Virus record (IMG/VR): IMGVR_UViG_3300022777_000088
Length of the DNA: 41,873 nt
Strand: one strand, 5' to 3'
Origin: a virus
A program made the position numbers and the translations under genes. The notes beneath the pieces were generated by a model, which was not told the DNA's origin, ran no database searches, and saw only the letters and a list, made by a program, of their open reading frames with translations. Shown here piece after piece: positions 17,501 through 26,646 of this stretch (position 1 is its first letter; each line of letters begins with the position of its first letter).

Positions 17501-18904
17501 ACGACAACAAACACTGGCGTAAGCGAAGAAGGAACGCAAATTCTTCCATCGGTTGGAGACATCAACTTCACGGCTTCAAATGACGCCAACGTGGATGTCA
17601 CTGATGATGCTGATGGTACGGTAAGTGTTGACTTTGATGTGGTTACAACGGACTTCAACCCCGCCAGCTTCGTTTCCGTTTCCGGAGACACGATGAACGG
17701 CCAGCTTACAGTAAACGACAATCTAACCGTTCAGAACGACCTCACAGTTGGAGGGAATCTTGTAGGCACCGCAGCATTTCGCGACCTCTTCATCAACTCT
17801 AGTGCTCCGACTTCCAGTGACGGCGACGACGGAGACGTGTGGCTGGAAACTGGATCGACAATCGTTGAAACGATAAGCTCCGGAAGTGGAATTTCGGTTG
17901 ATACACCTTCCGGAGATGTGACGATCGGCCACGACGACACATCCAACGTTTCCGACAGCACCGACAACTCGACCGCAGTCACTGGACTGACTTTTGACGA
18001 CTTCGGTCACGTCCAAACAGTGACGACAAATGTTCTCGGGATTGAGGTTGAAGAAGACGGTTCGAGTTTCTTGACCGGCGTTCCAAATATCAACTTTGGA
18101 ACTGGACTCAGTTTGGCTGATGATGGGGACGGAAGCATAACGGTTTCGACAATCTCCGGAATCGAGATTGAAGATGATGCAACCTCAATCGCAACGCAAG
18201 TGCCAAACGTGAATTTCGGCTCTGGCATTGCCGCAACCACAGACGGAGACGGAAGCGTGACAGTGAGTCTTGGCGGAAATCTTGGCATCGAGATTGAAGA
18301 CGACACCACAAGCGTTCTAACTGGCGCTTCAAATGTTAACTTCGGCACAGGACTCAACGCTTCGGACGACGGCGACAACACCGCAACGGTCAACGCTACG
18401 CTCTCTGACTTCACCACAGACGATCTTGCGGAAGGTCAAAACAACCTGTACTTCACGGAAGCCAGAGTCGACCAGCGGCTGACAGAGATCCGGCCAGCAA
18501 AGCAAGACACATTTAGCGGCGACGGCGAAACGCTTGAATTTGCGATTTTCCACGGACTCGGCGTGGTGCCGCAAAGTTGGCAGGTCACTCCGGTTAGCGA
18601 CGACGCGTCAAGCATGAGTCACGTTTCAGCAGATGACACAAACCTTTACGTGAAGTTTGATACGCCGCCACCGAGCGGAACAGGAAACGTGGTTCTGAAC
18701 TGGTTGGCGTCCGGCACCGGAACCACCGCTTCTCCAACGTTCCAGAGCACCGACAGCTTGACGTTCAACGCTGGAACTGGAACAGGCGGCGGATCAATTA
18801 CAAACAACCCACCATACTTCGAACGTTCGGACGACACAGTTATCATTGTGAGGGACGAGGCGCCGCAATGGGACGATCGAGAAGACATAACAATAAGACT
18901 ATAA
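14558..18904 (+). CDS. Long tail fibre-like protein (1448 aa) with four 'F.GDG..T.F.I.HGLG..P..W' domains
   Basis: Beta-rich shaft repeats, a SAPTSSDGDDGDVWL motif, repeated IE(V/I)EDD...NFGTGL units and TTDDLAEG..NLYFT. Confidence 0.8.
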   Translation: MSIVAPVTVAWQRVTNESTGQAKEIETFSQLEPAIRRAREVILAARDTTNTSFTGSDPEAHLTLHPGDFKYGDALSQRDLNDIYITILPGAITQDASETFPPDSTTNVADLNSFASRVFFAEAEDEFIFDSDVTVRGDFSFQGNILTFKLDGDVQAGFRVEDLGTNRSSSITYNIADEEWTIGDDTRVQGQLHSDSLLVEGDVDIDGNGGTFEVDNVSNFDVSPQSYLLDVNSQITQTAAFYTTDVDNSYNVLSNTFDIQADQNGTVEATNGLLELIGADIDIESTSGPVSIVSADSFTVDTDTEIDLQAGGSVVVGGTDYTLTAPSATIDVEDYDATSTTYTAEVTDEFRIASGSPSAEFVVEPPVNFQSGFQLSGDTTVDDLTVNGDLTANSDVIDLNATTEMTVDGAAFSMNVNDINLEGSTITVLGRQLLSLQSETQIDISAQGQANTQVNIIGDNIALTPGNAVTVEGKSTFLDDLSLTAGALLDVEDNAEIGGDLTAGEIFPNNVTSGNVTYVGSQGQITDDNQKTFAYDDITGTLTVENVDASGGTVEANEVIANSANIGNISLQNATFTSISAQSADLSETNISEINIGEVAFLNNQGHLDGSSSLTFDQATGTLGVFALDVLEDATATDLTLDGFLELENGTPVNEIKTAAQTISDSDDALVTESGILDAVQGGGSKTFGQAVFGGDGSQTQFIIQHGLGTVPANWQVFPASSDATGISHVTADGSKLTVFYDSAPPSGNQNIAINWRVSDGSGSGEEGQASFDGDGSQTSFTVSHGFGSQPGTWQVTANSNDTTAIASVTANASNLTVNFDSAPPTGTGNVIFTWEVSAAGSLANQITFDGDGNQTQFSIPHGLAEKPATWQIESVSPDSEFPSYATADNTNITVVYDSAPPSGTGNVTLNWNVRKQIQATNVVNTVQGGTDITVSQTTGDVTVNHADTGGASNNTDTSTFLNEVSFDSNGHVESVGFQQVTTTNTGVSEEGTQILPSVGDINFTASNDANVDVTDDADGTVSVDFDVVTTDFNPASFVSVSGDTMNGQLTVNDNLTVQNDLTVGGNLVGTAAFRDLFINSSAPTSSDGDDGDVWLETGSTIVETISSGSGISVDTPSGDVTIGHDDTSNVSDSTDNSTAVTGLTFDDFGHVQTVTTNVLGIEVEEDGSSFLTGVPNINFGTGLSLADDGDGSITVSTISGIEIEDDATSIATQVPNVNFGSGIAATTDGDGSVTVSLGGNLGIEIEDDTTSVLTGASNVNFGTGLNASDDGDNTATVNATLSDFTTDDLAEGQNNLYFTEARVDQRLTEIRPAKQDTFSGDGETLEFAIFHGLGVVPQSWQVTPVSDDASSMSHVSADDTNLYVKFDTPPPSGTGNVVLNWLASGTGTTASPTFQSTDSLTFNAGTGTGGGSITNNPPYFERSDDTVIIVRDEAPQWDDREDITIRL

Positions 18905-18917
18905 AAAGCAAATCGAT

Positions 18918-20231
18918 ATGGCAAGAAACTTGTTTGATCCAGATAGCGATGACGTGTATGAGTGGACTGAACGTGTCACTGATATCAACGGCACAGACCT
19001 TACCGTTACGCTTACGCTTGATGAAGTGGACGACGGCTCGGGATTTACGAGTGACGGCCGAAGCGCGTCAAACATTCCGTGGCTTTCATTCTCCGTGACA
19101 GAAAACACATTGAGTGACGGAACGCGTGAAGAGATTTTGGAAATCAACGCTCAAAAGTCGGGGATTCAAGATGGATTCACCTATCGATTTACTGTAACTG
19201 CGAGTGACGGTGTAAGCTACAATCCAGTTCAAGAGCGAACGTTCGACGTGTTTGCCACAACTCAGAGCGACATCACAAATGCTCTAACCATTAAATCGTC
19301 TCAAGTCAACTCGACTCTCAATGACTTTCCAGTGTACGTAGATTTGTCCGGATTTTCGGCTCTTTTCTATGATTTGATTGAAGCTGGAGATGTGCGAGTA
19401 GAAGACAGTAATGGAACTGAAGTACCTCGCGAGCTGGTTTACTTCGATAAACAAAGTCAAGACGGAGACTTGTATTTCAAGGCTTCGACGATTGACTCTT
19501 CTTCAAACACGGAGTTTACTATTGTAGCTGATTCAAATAAAGCCCCCCTCAACCCAACAGATGTGAATGGTCGAAATGCGGTGTGGTCAAATGGTTATCA
19601 TCGCGTCTACCACTTTGCTGACGATCCTGGAGACACACTCGCGACCGACTCAACTGGACAAGCAAACGCAAACATAGCAGGATCCGGCACTGTCAACGTT
19701 GTGCGTTCAGGAGTTAGCGGAAGTCATTGGGACTTTCCAGCAGGGGCTTACTTGACAATACCAATAGACACAAACACGCTCGATACAAACGCCGATCCCT
19801 TCACTCTTGAAGCGGTTCATGCGACAGACACAGACCCGTCAACTGCAGACGATATTTACGTCGCGGTAAATCAAAATAACAATGGAGACACAATACCGCT
19901 TTACTATAACAACGGCGGAGATCTCCGTTCTTGGAATGGTAATGGTTTGAACTACAACTCTTGGACAGTTGGAACGACGTATATAAGTGCGGTTGGGCAG
20001 AACAGCTCTGAGCGCACAAGGGGATATACAGACGGAACGCTTCAAAACTCCAATAGCTCGTACAACTTTCCCGATAGCGTAAGCGAAATGTGGTCTGCAT
20101 GGGGAGGAACCGACACAGCGGAGTTTCGCCTTTACGAATGGTCAATCGCAAACGTCGATCGATCTGAAGCATGGATCAAGGCGAGGAACACAAATCTGCG
20201 CAACCCATCAACCTTCTACACAATCAACTAA
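18918..20231 (+). CDS. Virion-associated adhesin: Ig/cadherin-like N-terminus, DUF2341-like domain and LamG/ConA-like C-terminus
   Basis: LNDFPVYVDL...GDVRV......EVPREL..FD....LYFK, then VWSNGY..VYHF and RSEAWIKA. The N-terminal ~110 aa are paralogous to the protein at 21109. Confidence 0.7.
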   Translation: MARNLFDPDSDDVYEWTERVTDINGTDLTVTLTLDEVDDGSGFTSDGRSASNIPWLSFSVTENTLSDGTREEILEINAQKSGIQDGFTYRFTVTASDGVSYNPVQERTFDVFATTQSDITNALTIKSSQVNSTLNDFPVYVDLSGFSALFYDLIEAGDVRVEDSNGTEVPRELVYFDKQSQDGDLYFKASTIDSSSNTEFTIVADSNKAPLNPTDVNGRNAVWSNGYHRVYHFADDPGDTLATDSTGQANANIAGSGTVNVVRSGVSGSHWDFPAGAYLTIPIDTNTLDTNADPFTLEAVHATDTDPSTADDIYVAVNQNNNGDTIPLYYNNGGDLRSWNGNGLNYNSWTVGTTYISAVGQNSSERTRGYTDGTLQNSNSSYNFPDSVSEMWSAWGGTDTAEFRLYEWSIANVDRSEAWIKARNTNLRNPSTFYTIN

Positions 20232-20246
20232 TAATAAAAAAACAAG

Positions 20247-21107
20247 ATGCCACAAACGACAGTTCCCGAAGAGCAGAAGAGGGCCAACGACCTCGACGAC
20301 CTTCGGAATAACATTTGGCCTACGGAAAATCGGGTTGCTTTCTTGGAAGGACAGGCGACGCCTAACGACGGTCTCGCCAACCTTTACTGGTGGGACTCCG
20401 ATGGCGACCCGAACAACTCAAATGCACCGAACACCGTGGCGTCTGCGATCCCTCAGTTTGGCGTCGGCGGAACAAACTCGGGCCTATGGCGGCGTACGTT
20501 CACTCCGGTCGGCCAGCTTACAACTGACGACATTGACGAGGGATCTCAGAACCTATACTATACGGACACTCGGGCACGCACAGCGCTTTCGGCAGGCGGC
20601 GACTTGAGCTACAATCCAGCTACTGGAGAGTTTTCCGTTACGACTTATACGTCCGATGACTTCGACGACGATTTCTCTCTAAAAAGCACAGACGCACTGA
20701 CGGAAGGATCCAACAACTTGTACTTCACTGACGAAAGAGCGCAAGACGCCGTCAATCTTGCGCTAACAGGTGGAAAGGCTATTGAGATTTCTTACGACGA
20801 CGCCGCCAACACTTCAACAGTTGCTCTTGACGGAGACTTTTCCCGAACTGTTTTCAGTGGAAATGGAACAGCGAATCAGTTCCAAATCGCACACGGACTT
20901 GGAGAAAAACCGGCATACTGGATCGTGAACGCGACAACAGACGACGCGTCTGGAATCAGTCACGTCACGGCCGACAGCACAAACATAAATGTCAACTACG
21001 ATACCGCACCGCCGAGCGGAACGGACAACGTTGTTCTGAACTGGCTGGCGGTTCGTGGAAACGTTGCAGTACAAATCGCTGATAGCGGAGATATTCAAAC
21101 AGTATAA
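20247..21107 (+). CDS. Short tail fibre/adaptor protein
   Basis: Shared N-terminal anchor (VPEE...YWWD...GLWRR), two TDD..EGS.NLY.TD repeats and a C-terminal HGLG domain. Confidence 0.78.
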   Translation: MPQTTVPEEQKRANDLDDLRNNIWPTENRVAFLEGQATPNDGLANLYWWDSDGDPNNSNAPNTVASAIPQFGVGGTNSGLWRRTFTPVGQLTTDDIDEGSQNLYYTDTRARTALSAGGDLSYNPATGEFSVTTYTSDDFDDDFSLKSTDALTEGSNNLYFTDERAQDAVNLALTGGKAIEISYDDAANTSTVALDGDFSRTVFSGNGTANQFQIAHGLGEKPAYWIVNATTDDASGISHVTADSTNINVNYDTAPPSGTDNVVLNWLAVRGNVAVQIADSGDIQTV

Positions 21108-21108
21108 C

Positions 21109-21999
21109 ATGGCACGCAAACTTACCGATCCGAACGACGACGGAGTTCTCGAATGGTCTGAAACAGTGACCGATGCAAACGGGGATTCCCCAAGTATCAC
21201 TGTCAAGCTCGATGCTGTTGACAGTGGAGCAGGATTTCAAGACAGAAGCACGCTTGCTTCAAATGTTTCTTGGCTTGATTACACCGTCTCCGAAAATACG
21301 CTTGGAGACGGAACAGTTGAAGCGACAATCAACTTGACCGCGGACCGATCTGAGCTTACATCTGGAACGAAGTATCGAATCCGGATTACCGCACAGTCAA
21401 GTGGGCAAGCAGACACGAGTTTCACGACGCTCGAAGTTCTTAGTTTGAACTATTTCAACATAGCTGGTCAGGAAGATAGGTTTAGGTCAGAAGATGGATC
21501 AAGAGTAAAAAGGGGAGGAGTTGCTAGAGTAGTTGCTACAACTTCCTTGCCCGCGGACATCGACATAAAGTTTGTTGCCAATCCCGCTAACGTTGACAAT
21601 CCATCATTTGAGACGACAATAGAAAACGCTTCGGAAAACGAAACAACCCACGAGTTTTTCTTTGGAGTCGATCCGTCAAGCCTTTACGCATTCAAACTAG
21701 TCGGCAGAATCAATGGGTTTGATAAAGAGTTCGAGTCTGATCTAAACTACTTATCAACTGGGGACACAATCTCTTTTTCATTTAATACGATTCAAGTGAA
21801 CGAGCAAACAGAAGTTACTTCTGCGACCTCAAGTACGACAGTTGAAACTGAACAAGGAACTTCGAAAGCTGAATTTCCAAGTACTATTCAAACAGACAAT
21901 TTCGATGATATAGGGCCTGCTTCTACACAAATAACAACAGCTTCAAAAACTCTAACTCAAGAAACTAATAACTTCACCACAAATATAACGATATCATGA
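21109..21999 (+). CDS. Putative virion protein, N-terminus paralogous to 18918
   Basis: MARKLTDPNDDGVLEW...SNVSWLDYTVSENTLGDGT aligns with MARNLFDPDSDDVYEW...SNIPWLSFSVTENTLSDGT. Confidence 0.72.
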   Translation: MARKLTDPNDDGVLEWSETVTDANGDSPSITVKLDAVDSGAGFQDRSTLASNVSWLDYTVSENTLGDGTVEATINLTADRSELTSGTKYRIRITAQSSGQADTSFTTLEVLSLNYFNIAGQEDRFRSEDGSRVKRGGVARVVATTSLPADIDIKFVANPANVDNPSFETTIENASENETTHEFFFGVDPSSLYAFKLVGRINGFDKEFESDLNYLSTGDTISFSFNTIQVNEQTEVTSATSSTTVETEQGTSKAEFPSTIQTDNFDDIGPASTQITTASKTLTQETNNFTTNITIS

Positions 22000-23429
22000 A
22001 AGAAGTAATACAAAACTTGGTTACTAAGAGCCCTGACATTGACCTTCGAATGCAAGTTTCAATGGAAGGTGAAACAATAATCGATAGACAAGCGGATTCC
22101 CTTGTCGGAAACTACGGAAGAATGCTTCTCGGTATGATGGGAAGAAAGGGCGCGTCAAGCAGTAAAAACCAAGTGCTCAAGAGAGAACGAACGCAAATTG
22201 TTCCGGGATCTGAAATCAACATAGACTTCCAAAGCACTCCCGTTAGAATCAACGATACGGACAATGGCCAGTTTATATTTGAAGCAGAAAATCAGATCAT
22301 GGTGGTGAATACATCTGTTTCTGGCATGAACGGGGTGTATTATATGGTTGGTGAAACTTTTGATGGAGATTATGTTGATCTTTATGAGGTAACTGTTGAT
22401 GAAGAGAACGCGACATTTACCCAAGGGAATGGGGTTGACTGGTCTTCATTTGAAAGCTCGTATAATGGTGAAGACATCGGTTTTGTTCGCTATGGTACCG
22501 GGACACCGGGAAGATCTCAAGGTCATTTTCGGTCTCCAAATATAGTCGTCGGACAGAACGTTCCAAACACAGACGCAAGCATTCTTGATTATCGGCTTGA
22601 AGATCCGAATGGAATCCTGTATCAAGGCACTTTGAGTACAACATCAACAAGTATCTCAGAGCCTGCCGTTCAAACAAACAACAGTGATATTAATCTTTCC
22701 AGAACATTTACCAATAACACTGGATCGGCGGTTGACGTTGGCGAAGTAGGAGTATTAGCTAGCGGACCAGGTGGATCAGTACTTCTAGCAAGAGATAACG
22801 TTACTGATTTCAGTATCGCAAACGGAAACTCCGTGACAATCGACTATGTCTTTAGCGTATCAAGCACTAATGATGGTGGAGTAATGTCACAGTTCCATCA
22901 AAAGTTGTATCGGCAGTTTGCGCGCACAAACAGAAATGTGAGAGACATAAACAACAACGATCAAAATGATGGAGAAGCTAGTGGTCAGTTTACTATCTCA
23001 TCTACTGCTGGAGGAACAAACATGAATGCACAAACAGGACCTCTTGACGGCGAATTTATTGGTCCAGTCGTTGGGACGGGATCTGAGTCCGTTTCCAATA
23101 CAAACTTCGCACTCGAAACTCAGATTCCACACGGAACGTCCAGTGGGGAGTTTGTATATCACGGCCAATTCATCGATGACATAGAAATTGACGCAACAAA
23201 TGGGAACGCTTCTTTTGACATTGTGCGTCTCTTTGAAAATGAATCTGGTGGATCGGTAGATGTTTCTGAGACTGCGCTGTACTCTGGTTATAATCCGGAG
23301 GACTTGGACGACGTTGTTGATCGTATTGATTACTCTGTTATGATTGCGAGAAACGTTCTGACAAACGCTGTGACAGTCAATGATGGTGAGATATTTAGAC
23401 TCACCTATCGAATAACCGTAAACGTTTAG
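21996..23429 (+). CDS. Putative tail/baseplate structural protein with an internally duplicated domain
   Basis: Two copies of R.F.N..G..VDV.E......ARD/NV.....I.NG.....Y...V, resembling tail-collar/fibre attachment domains. Confidence 0.68.
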   Translation: MKEVIQNLVTKSPDIDLRMQVSMEGETIIDRQADSLVGNYGRMLLGMMGRKGASSSKNQVLKRERTQIVPGSEINIDFQSTPVRINDTDNGQFIFEAENQIMVVNTSVSGMNGVYYMVGETFDGDYVDLYEVTVDEENATFTQGNGVDWSSFESSYNGEDIGFVRYGTGTPGRSQGHFRSPNIVVGQNVPNTDASILDYRLEDPNGILYQGTLSTTSTSISEPAVQTNNSDINLSRTFTNNTGSAVDVGEVGVLASGPGGSVLLARDNVTDFSIANGNSVTIDYVFSVSSTNDGGVMSQFHQKLYRQFARTNRNVRDINNNDQNDGEASGQFTISSTAGGTNMNAQTGPLDGEFIGPVVGTGSESVSNTNFALETQIPHGTSSGEFVYHGQFIDDIEIDATNGNASFDIVRLFENESGGSVDVSETALYSGYNPEDLDDVVDRIDYSVMIARNVLTNAVTVNDGEIFRLTYRITVNV

Positions 23430-23470
23430 TAGAATTCTTTTAGTTTGAACTCTATATAAAAACACGCAAA

Positions 23471-23531
23471 GCGGTTACTCCTCTCATACCAGCTGGTTCT
23501 CTCAGTAGACACAAAATCAAACAGTAACCGC
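23471..23531 (+). promoter_or_regulatory. Structured 5' leader: a 9-bp inverted repeat enclosing a palindrome
   Basis: GCGGTTACT (23471-79) pairs with AGTAACCGC (23523-31), ending 2 nt before ATG 23534. The inner ACCAGCTGGT palindrome is flanked by CTCTCA direct repeats. Confidence 0.5.
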
Positions 23532-23533
23532 AT

Positions 23534-26500
23534 ATGTCTCGTACATTTGTACCTGAAGAAGAAAAAAAAGCCACAGACACGACAGACCTAGCCGATAACG
23601 TCCGGCCGACAAGCAATCGGGTCGTTCAAGTCGAAAATGACGCAGATTCAGAACCCAACTTTTTCTACTGGGATCCATCTGGTGCAGCGACAAACTCTGA
23701 CGGCACGACGGCGATTGCTTCAAACATCACAGAGTTTGCAGACGGTGGGGCAAACGAAGGTCTTTGGCGTAGGCTAATCCTTCCAGTCCCCACGGCAAGC
23801 ATCGCGGACCTTTCTGACGTAAGCTCTCTCTCCACGAGCAGTGGAGAGGTTCTTGCTGGAAACGGTTCTGGAAGCGTCACCAGCCAAACGATTAGTACAA
23901 TCACAAGCGGGAACGTCGCTCTTACCGACCTCTCTGACGTTGGAACAGACACCGACACCCGAGCAGAGCTTCCCGACCTTCCATCCATCGCGACGACAAC
24001 AAGCCCTTCGAAGGACTCTGATCTTGCAACAAAGGTTTACGTTGACGGGGTAGCCGAGGGGCTTGACGTAAAAGACTCGGTTCGAGTTGCAACGGACGGA
24101 TCAAACGTCGATCTCGGATCGGCAACAGATCCGAATCCAATCGACGGCGTGACGCTTTCGGATGGCGACAGGGTTCTTCTCAAGGATCAGACGACCGCTT
24201 CGGAAAACGGAGTATACGACGCCGTAACCGCAACCGATCCGACGACATGGACACGATCTGCTGACTTTGATGAAGACGCTGAAGTCACGGCAGGCGCATT
24301 CACCTTCACCGAAGAAGGAACGACGAACGCCAACTCCGGATTTGTTCTCACGACAACTGACCCGATTACAGTTGGAACCGATAGCCTTGCGTTCAGCCAG
24401 TTCTCCGACGCTGGACAGGTGAGTGCAGGGGACGGACTTTCCAAGACTGGAAGCACACTGAGTGTTAACGTCTCCGACTTCGCTGGCTCCGGACTCCAAG
24501 ATGATGGAAGCGACAATTTGCAGCTTGTTAACGATTCCGTCACCGTCACCTCTGGTGATGGTCTCAAAAACGGAGGTAGCGTTGCGCTTGGAAGCTCCAT
24601 CACACTTGACATCGAACCAACAGACTTCGCTGGAAAGTTCCTCAGTGATGACGGATCCGACAACTTGGATGTTGGTATCAGCAACGGGCTTGCCGACGAC
24701 CAATCCGGAAGCATTGAGCTTGACCTTGGAGTTTCTGATAATGGAGGTGATGTAAGCACAAGCACCTCCATTTATGACCTCAATTTCGGGTCTGGATTGG
24801 ACATTACCGATAACACGGGAACAACACCCGGACGAGTGACGATTGACGTTAACGCAGGCTCTTCCACTTCGATTGACGTTGATGACAGTTCAAGTGACGT
24901 AGCAACCGGAGTGAATAGTCTCAACTTCGGCACGAACCTGTCCGTTACTGATGACGGCGGTAGTGCAGTAACGATTGACGGTACAGACACAAACACAACG
25001 GAAATCGATGTTGATGATAGTGGTGGTGACATCGCGACCGGAGTCAACAACCTTGACTTCGATCAGAGCCTTCAAGCTCTTGACGGAGGCTCCGGACTCG
25101 CTTCAATCAACGGCCCAATCAACGGAAACGACCTTATCCTCGACGATGAAGCTGGATATGAGTGGGGGCAGGCAAGTTTCAATAACACGACCTTTGACCT
25201 CGGCGCTTTGGGCCAAAGTGTAATCGACACTCCACAGGGCTTCGTCTTCAACGACGACGGAACAAGGCTCTTCATTAGCGATTCCGGTCAGAACAGCGGC
25301 AGCGACATCATTCGCCAGTTCAACCTTAGCACGGCGTATGACATCACGACAGCAAGCGACAGCGGAAACACGATTTCTGATTCTTCTCTTGCTGACGTTC
25401 CACTGTCCGTTACGTTCAACCATGATGGAACGAAAATCTTCGTTTCCGGCACTGACGGCGTTCTTCGTGAGTTCTCACTTGGAACGGCTTACGACCTTGG
25501 CAGCACAGTCACGGTTGGACCGACGTTTGATATAAGCACTGACATTAGCAGTGGTGTGCCTTCCGGATTTGAGTTCAACCCATCCGGTGAAACTCTATAC
25601 GTTCTTATCAGCGCTGACCAGAATGTTTTGGAGTACAGTCTTAGCACTGGATACGATCTTTCTACTCCAACTACTGGACCGGACAGTACAACGGACATTT
25701 CGGGGAACACTAATAATCCAAACGGAACGAACTTCAACGACGACGGCCGGAAGTTCTACATTTCCGACAGCGGCAGTCAAGATATTCTTGAGTATGAACT
25801 TTCTACTCCATACGACGTCACGACGCTTACGTTTGACAAAAGCTTTGACGTAAGCAACGAGTCGGAAGGATCCGTTGTGGACGTTGACTTCAACGGGGAC
25901 GGTTCCCTTGGATTCGTTCTTGACGGTCCAAATGACATCAACGAGTACGACACCAGCGAGTCCCCTGCTCGGTTCCGAATCGATGTTCCAAGTATCATCG
26001 AACAAACGCTCGCCGGAGGATCGAACATCTCTCTAACGTTCGATACTCGAACACAAGAGCTTACTATTGATGGAACGGATACGAACACGACTGACCTTGA
26101 CATCGATGACAGCAGCAGTGACGTAGCAACCGGAGTCGACAACATTGACTTCGGAACTGCACTTTCTGTCACAGACAACGGAAGTGGAAAGGTCACAGTG
26201 AATGGAACAAACATTTCTGGACAGGAGGATGGCGGCCAAGTTCTCGCTGACGTTGAGACCATCAACGTTTCCACAGGACTTGGCACAAGTGTAAATTCCA
26301 ATACGCTGACGATTACCAACGACACTCGTTGGGGAAGTCAAACGTTCAGTGCAAACGGAAGCACCACGTCCTTCAACATTCCACACGGTCAAGGATCGAC
26401 GCCAAGTGCTTGGACAGTTGAGCCGACGACCGACGACGCTTCGGGATACAGCCACACGACGGCAGACTCCACGAACATCACTGTTGAGTTTGACACGGCT

Positions 26501-26551
26501 CCACCGAGCGGATCAAACAACATCACGTTCAACTACGCGCTCGACGTATAA
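23534..26551 (+). CDS. Tail fibre protein with a beta-propeller domain
   Basis: Shared N-terminal anchor; the conserved phage fibre domain ATKVYVD...KDSVRVAT...DGDRVLLKDQT..SENGVY; FN.DGT..F...Y.LST.YD blade repeats (~25180-25960); C-terminal HG.G domain. Confidence 0.82.
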   Translation: MSRTFVPEEEKKATDTTDLADNVRPTSNRVVQVENDADSEPNFFYWDPSGAATNSDGTTAIASNITEFADGGANEGLWRRLILPVPTASIADLSDVSSLSTSSGEVLAGNGSGSVTSQTISTITSGNVALTDLSDVGTDTDTRAELPDLPSIATTTSPSKDSDLATKVYVDGVAEGLDVKDSVRVATDGSNVDLGSATDPNPIDGVTLSDGDRVLLKDQTTASENGVYDAVTATDPTTWTRSADFDEDAEVTAGAFTFTEEGTTNANSGFVLTTTDPITVGTDSLAFSQFSDAGQVSAGDGLSKTGSTLSVNVSDFAGSGLQDDGSDNLQLVNDSVTVTSGDGLKNGGSVALGSSITLDIEPTDFAGKFLSDDGSDNLDVGISNGLADDQSGSIELDLGVSDNGGDVSTSTSIYDLNFGSGLDITDNTGTTPGRVTIDVNAGSSTSIDVDDSSSDVATGVNSLNFGTNLSVTDDGGSAVTIDGTDTNTTEIDVDDSGGDIATGVNNLDFDQSLQALDGGSGLASINGPINGNDLILDDEAGYEWGQASFNNTTFDLGALGQSVIDTPQGFVFNDDGTRLFISDSGQNSGSDIIRQFNLSTAYDITTASDSGNTISDSSLADVPLSVTFNHDGTKIFVSGTDGVLREFSLGTAYDLGSTVTVGPTFDISTDISSGVPSGFEFNPSGETLYVLISADQNVLEYSLSTGYDLSTPTTGPDSTTDISGNTNNPNGTNFNDDGRKFYISDSGSQDILEYELSTPYDVTTLTFDKSFDVSNESEGSVVDVDFNGDGSLGFVLDGPNDINEYDTSESPARFRIDVPSIIEQTLAGGSNISLTFDTRTQELTIDGTDTNTTDLDIDDSSSDVATGVDNIDFGTALSVTDNGSGKVTVNGTNISGQEDGGQVLADVETINVSTGLGTSVNSNTLTITNDTRWGSQTFSANGSTTSFNIPHGQGSTPSAWTVEPTTDDASGYSHTTADSTNITVEFDTAPPSGSNNITFNYALDV

Positions 26552-26579
26552 AGTTCGAGTGAAGACTACTTATGAACAG

Positions 26580-26615
26580 CGGAAAGAGCTGGCGTTTTTG
26601 CGCCAGCTCTTTCCG
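26580..26615 (+). other. Perfect 15-bp intergenic hairpin without a U-tract
   Basis: CGGAAAGAGCTGGCG-TTTTTG-CGCCAGCTCTTTCCG, followed by a small TATCA...TGATA stem. Confidence 0.75.
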
Positions 26616-26646
26616 TATCAACCCCAAATCTGATAAACTCAATGTA

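Noticed and set aside
1000-26646. Longest-ORF starts at 1000, 5462, 5853, 8207, 10394, 11409, 21055 and 26572
   Set aside because: They overlap upstream genes or regulatory structure. Downstream ATGs give coupled junctions or match paralog N-termini.
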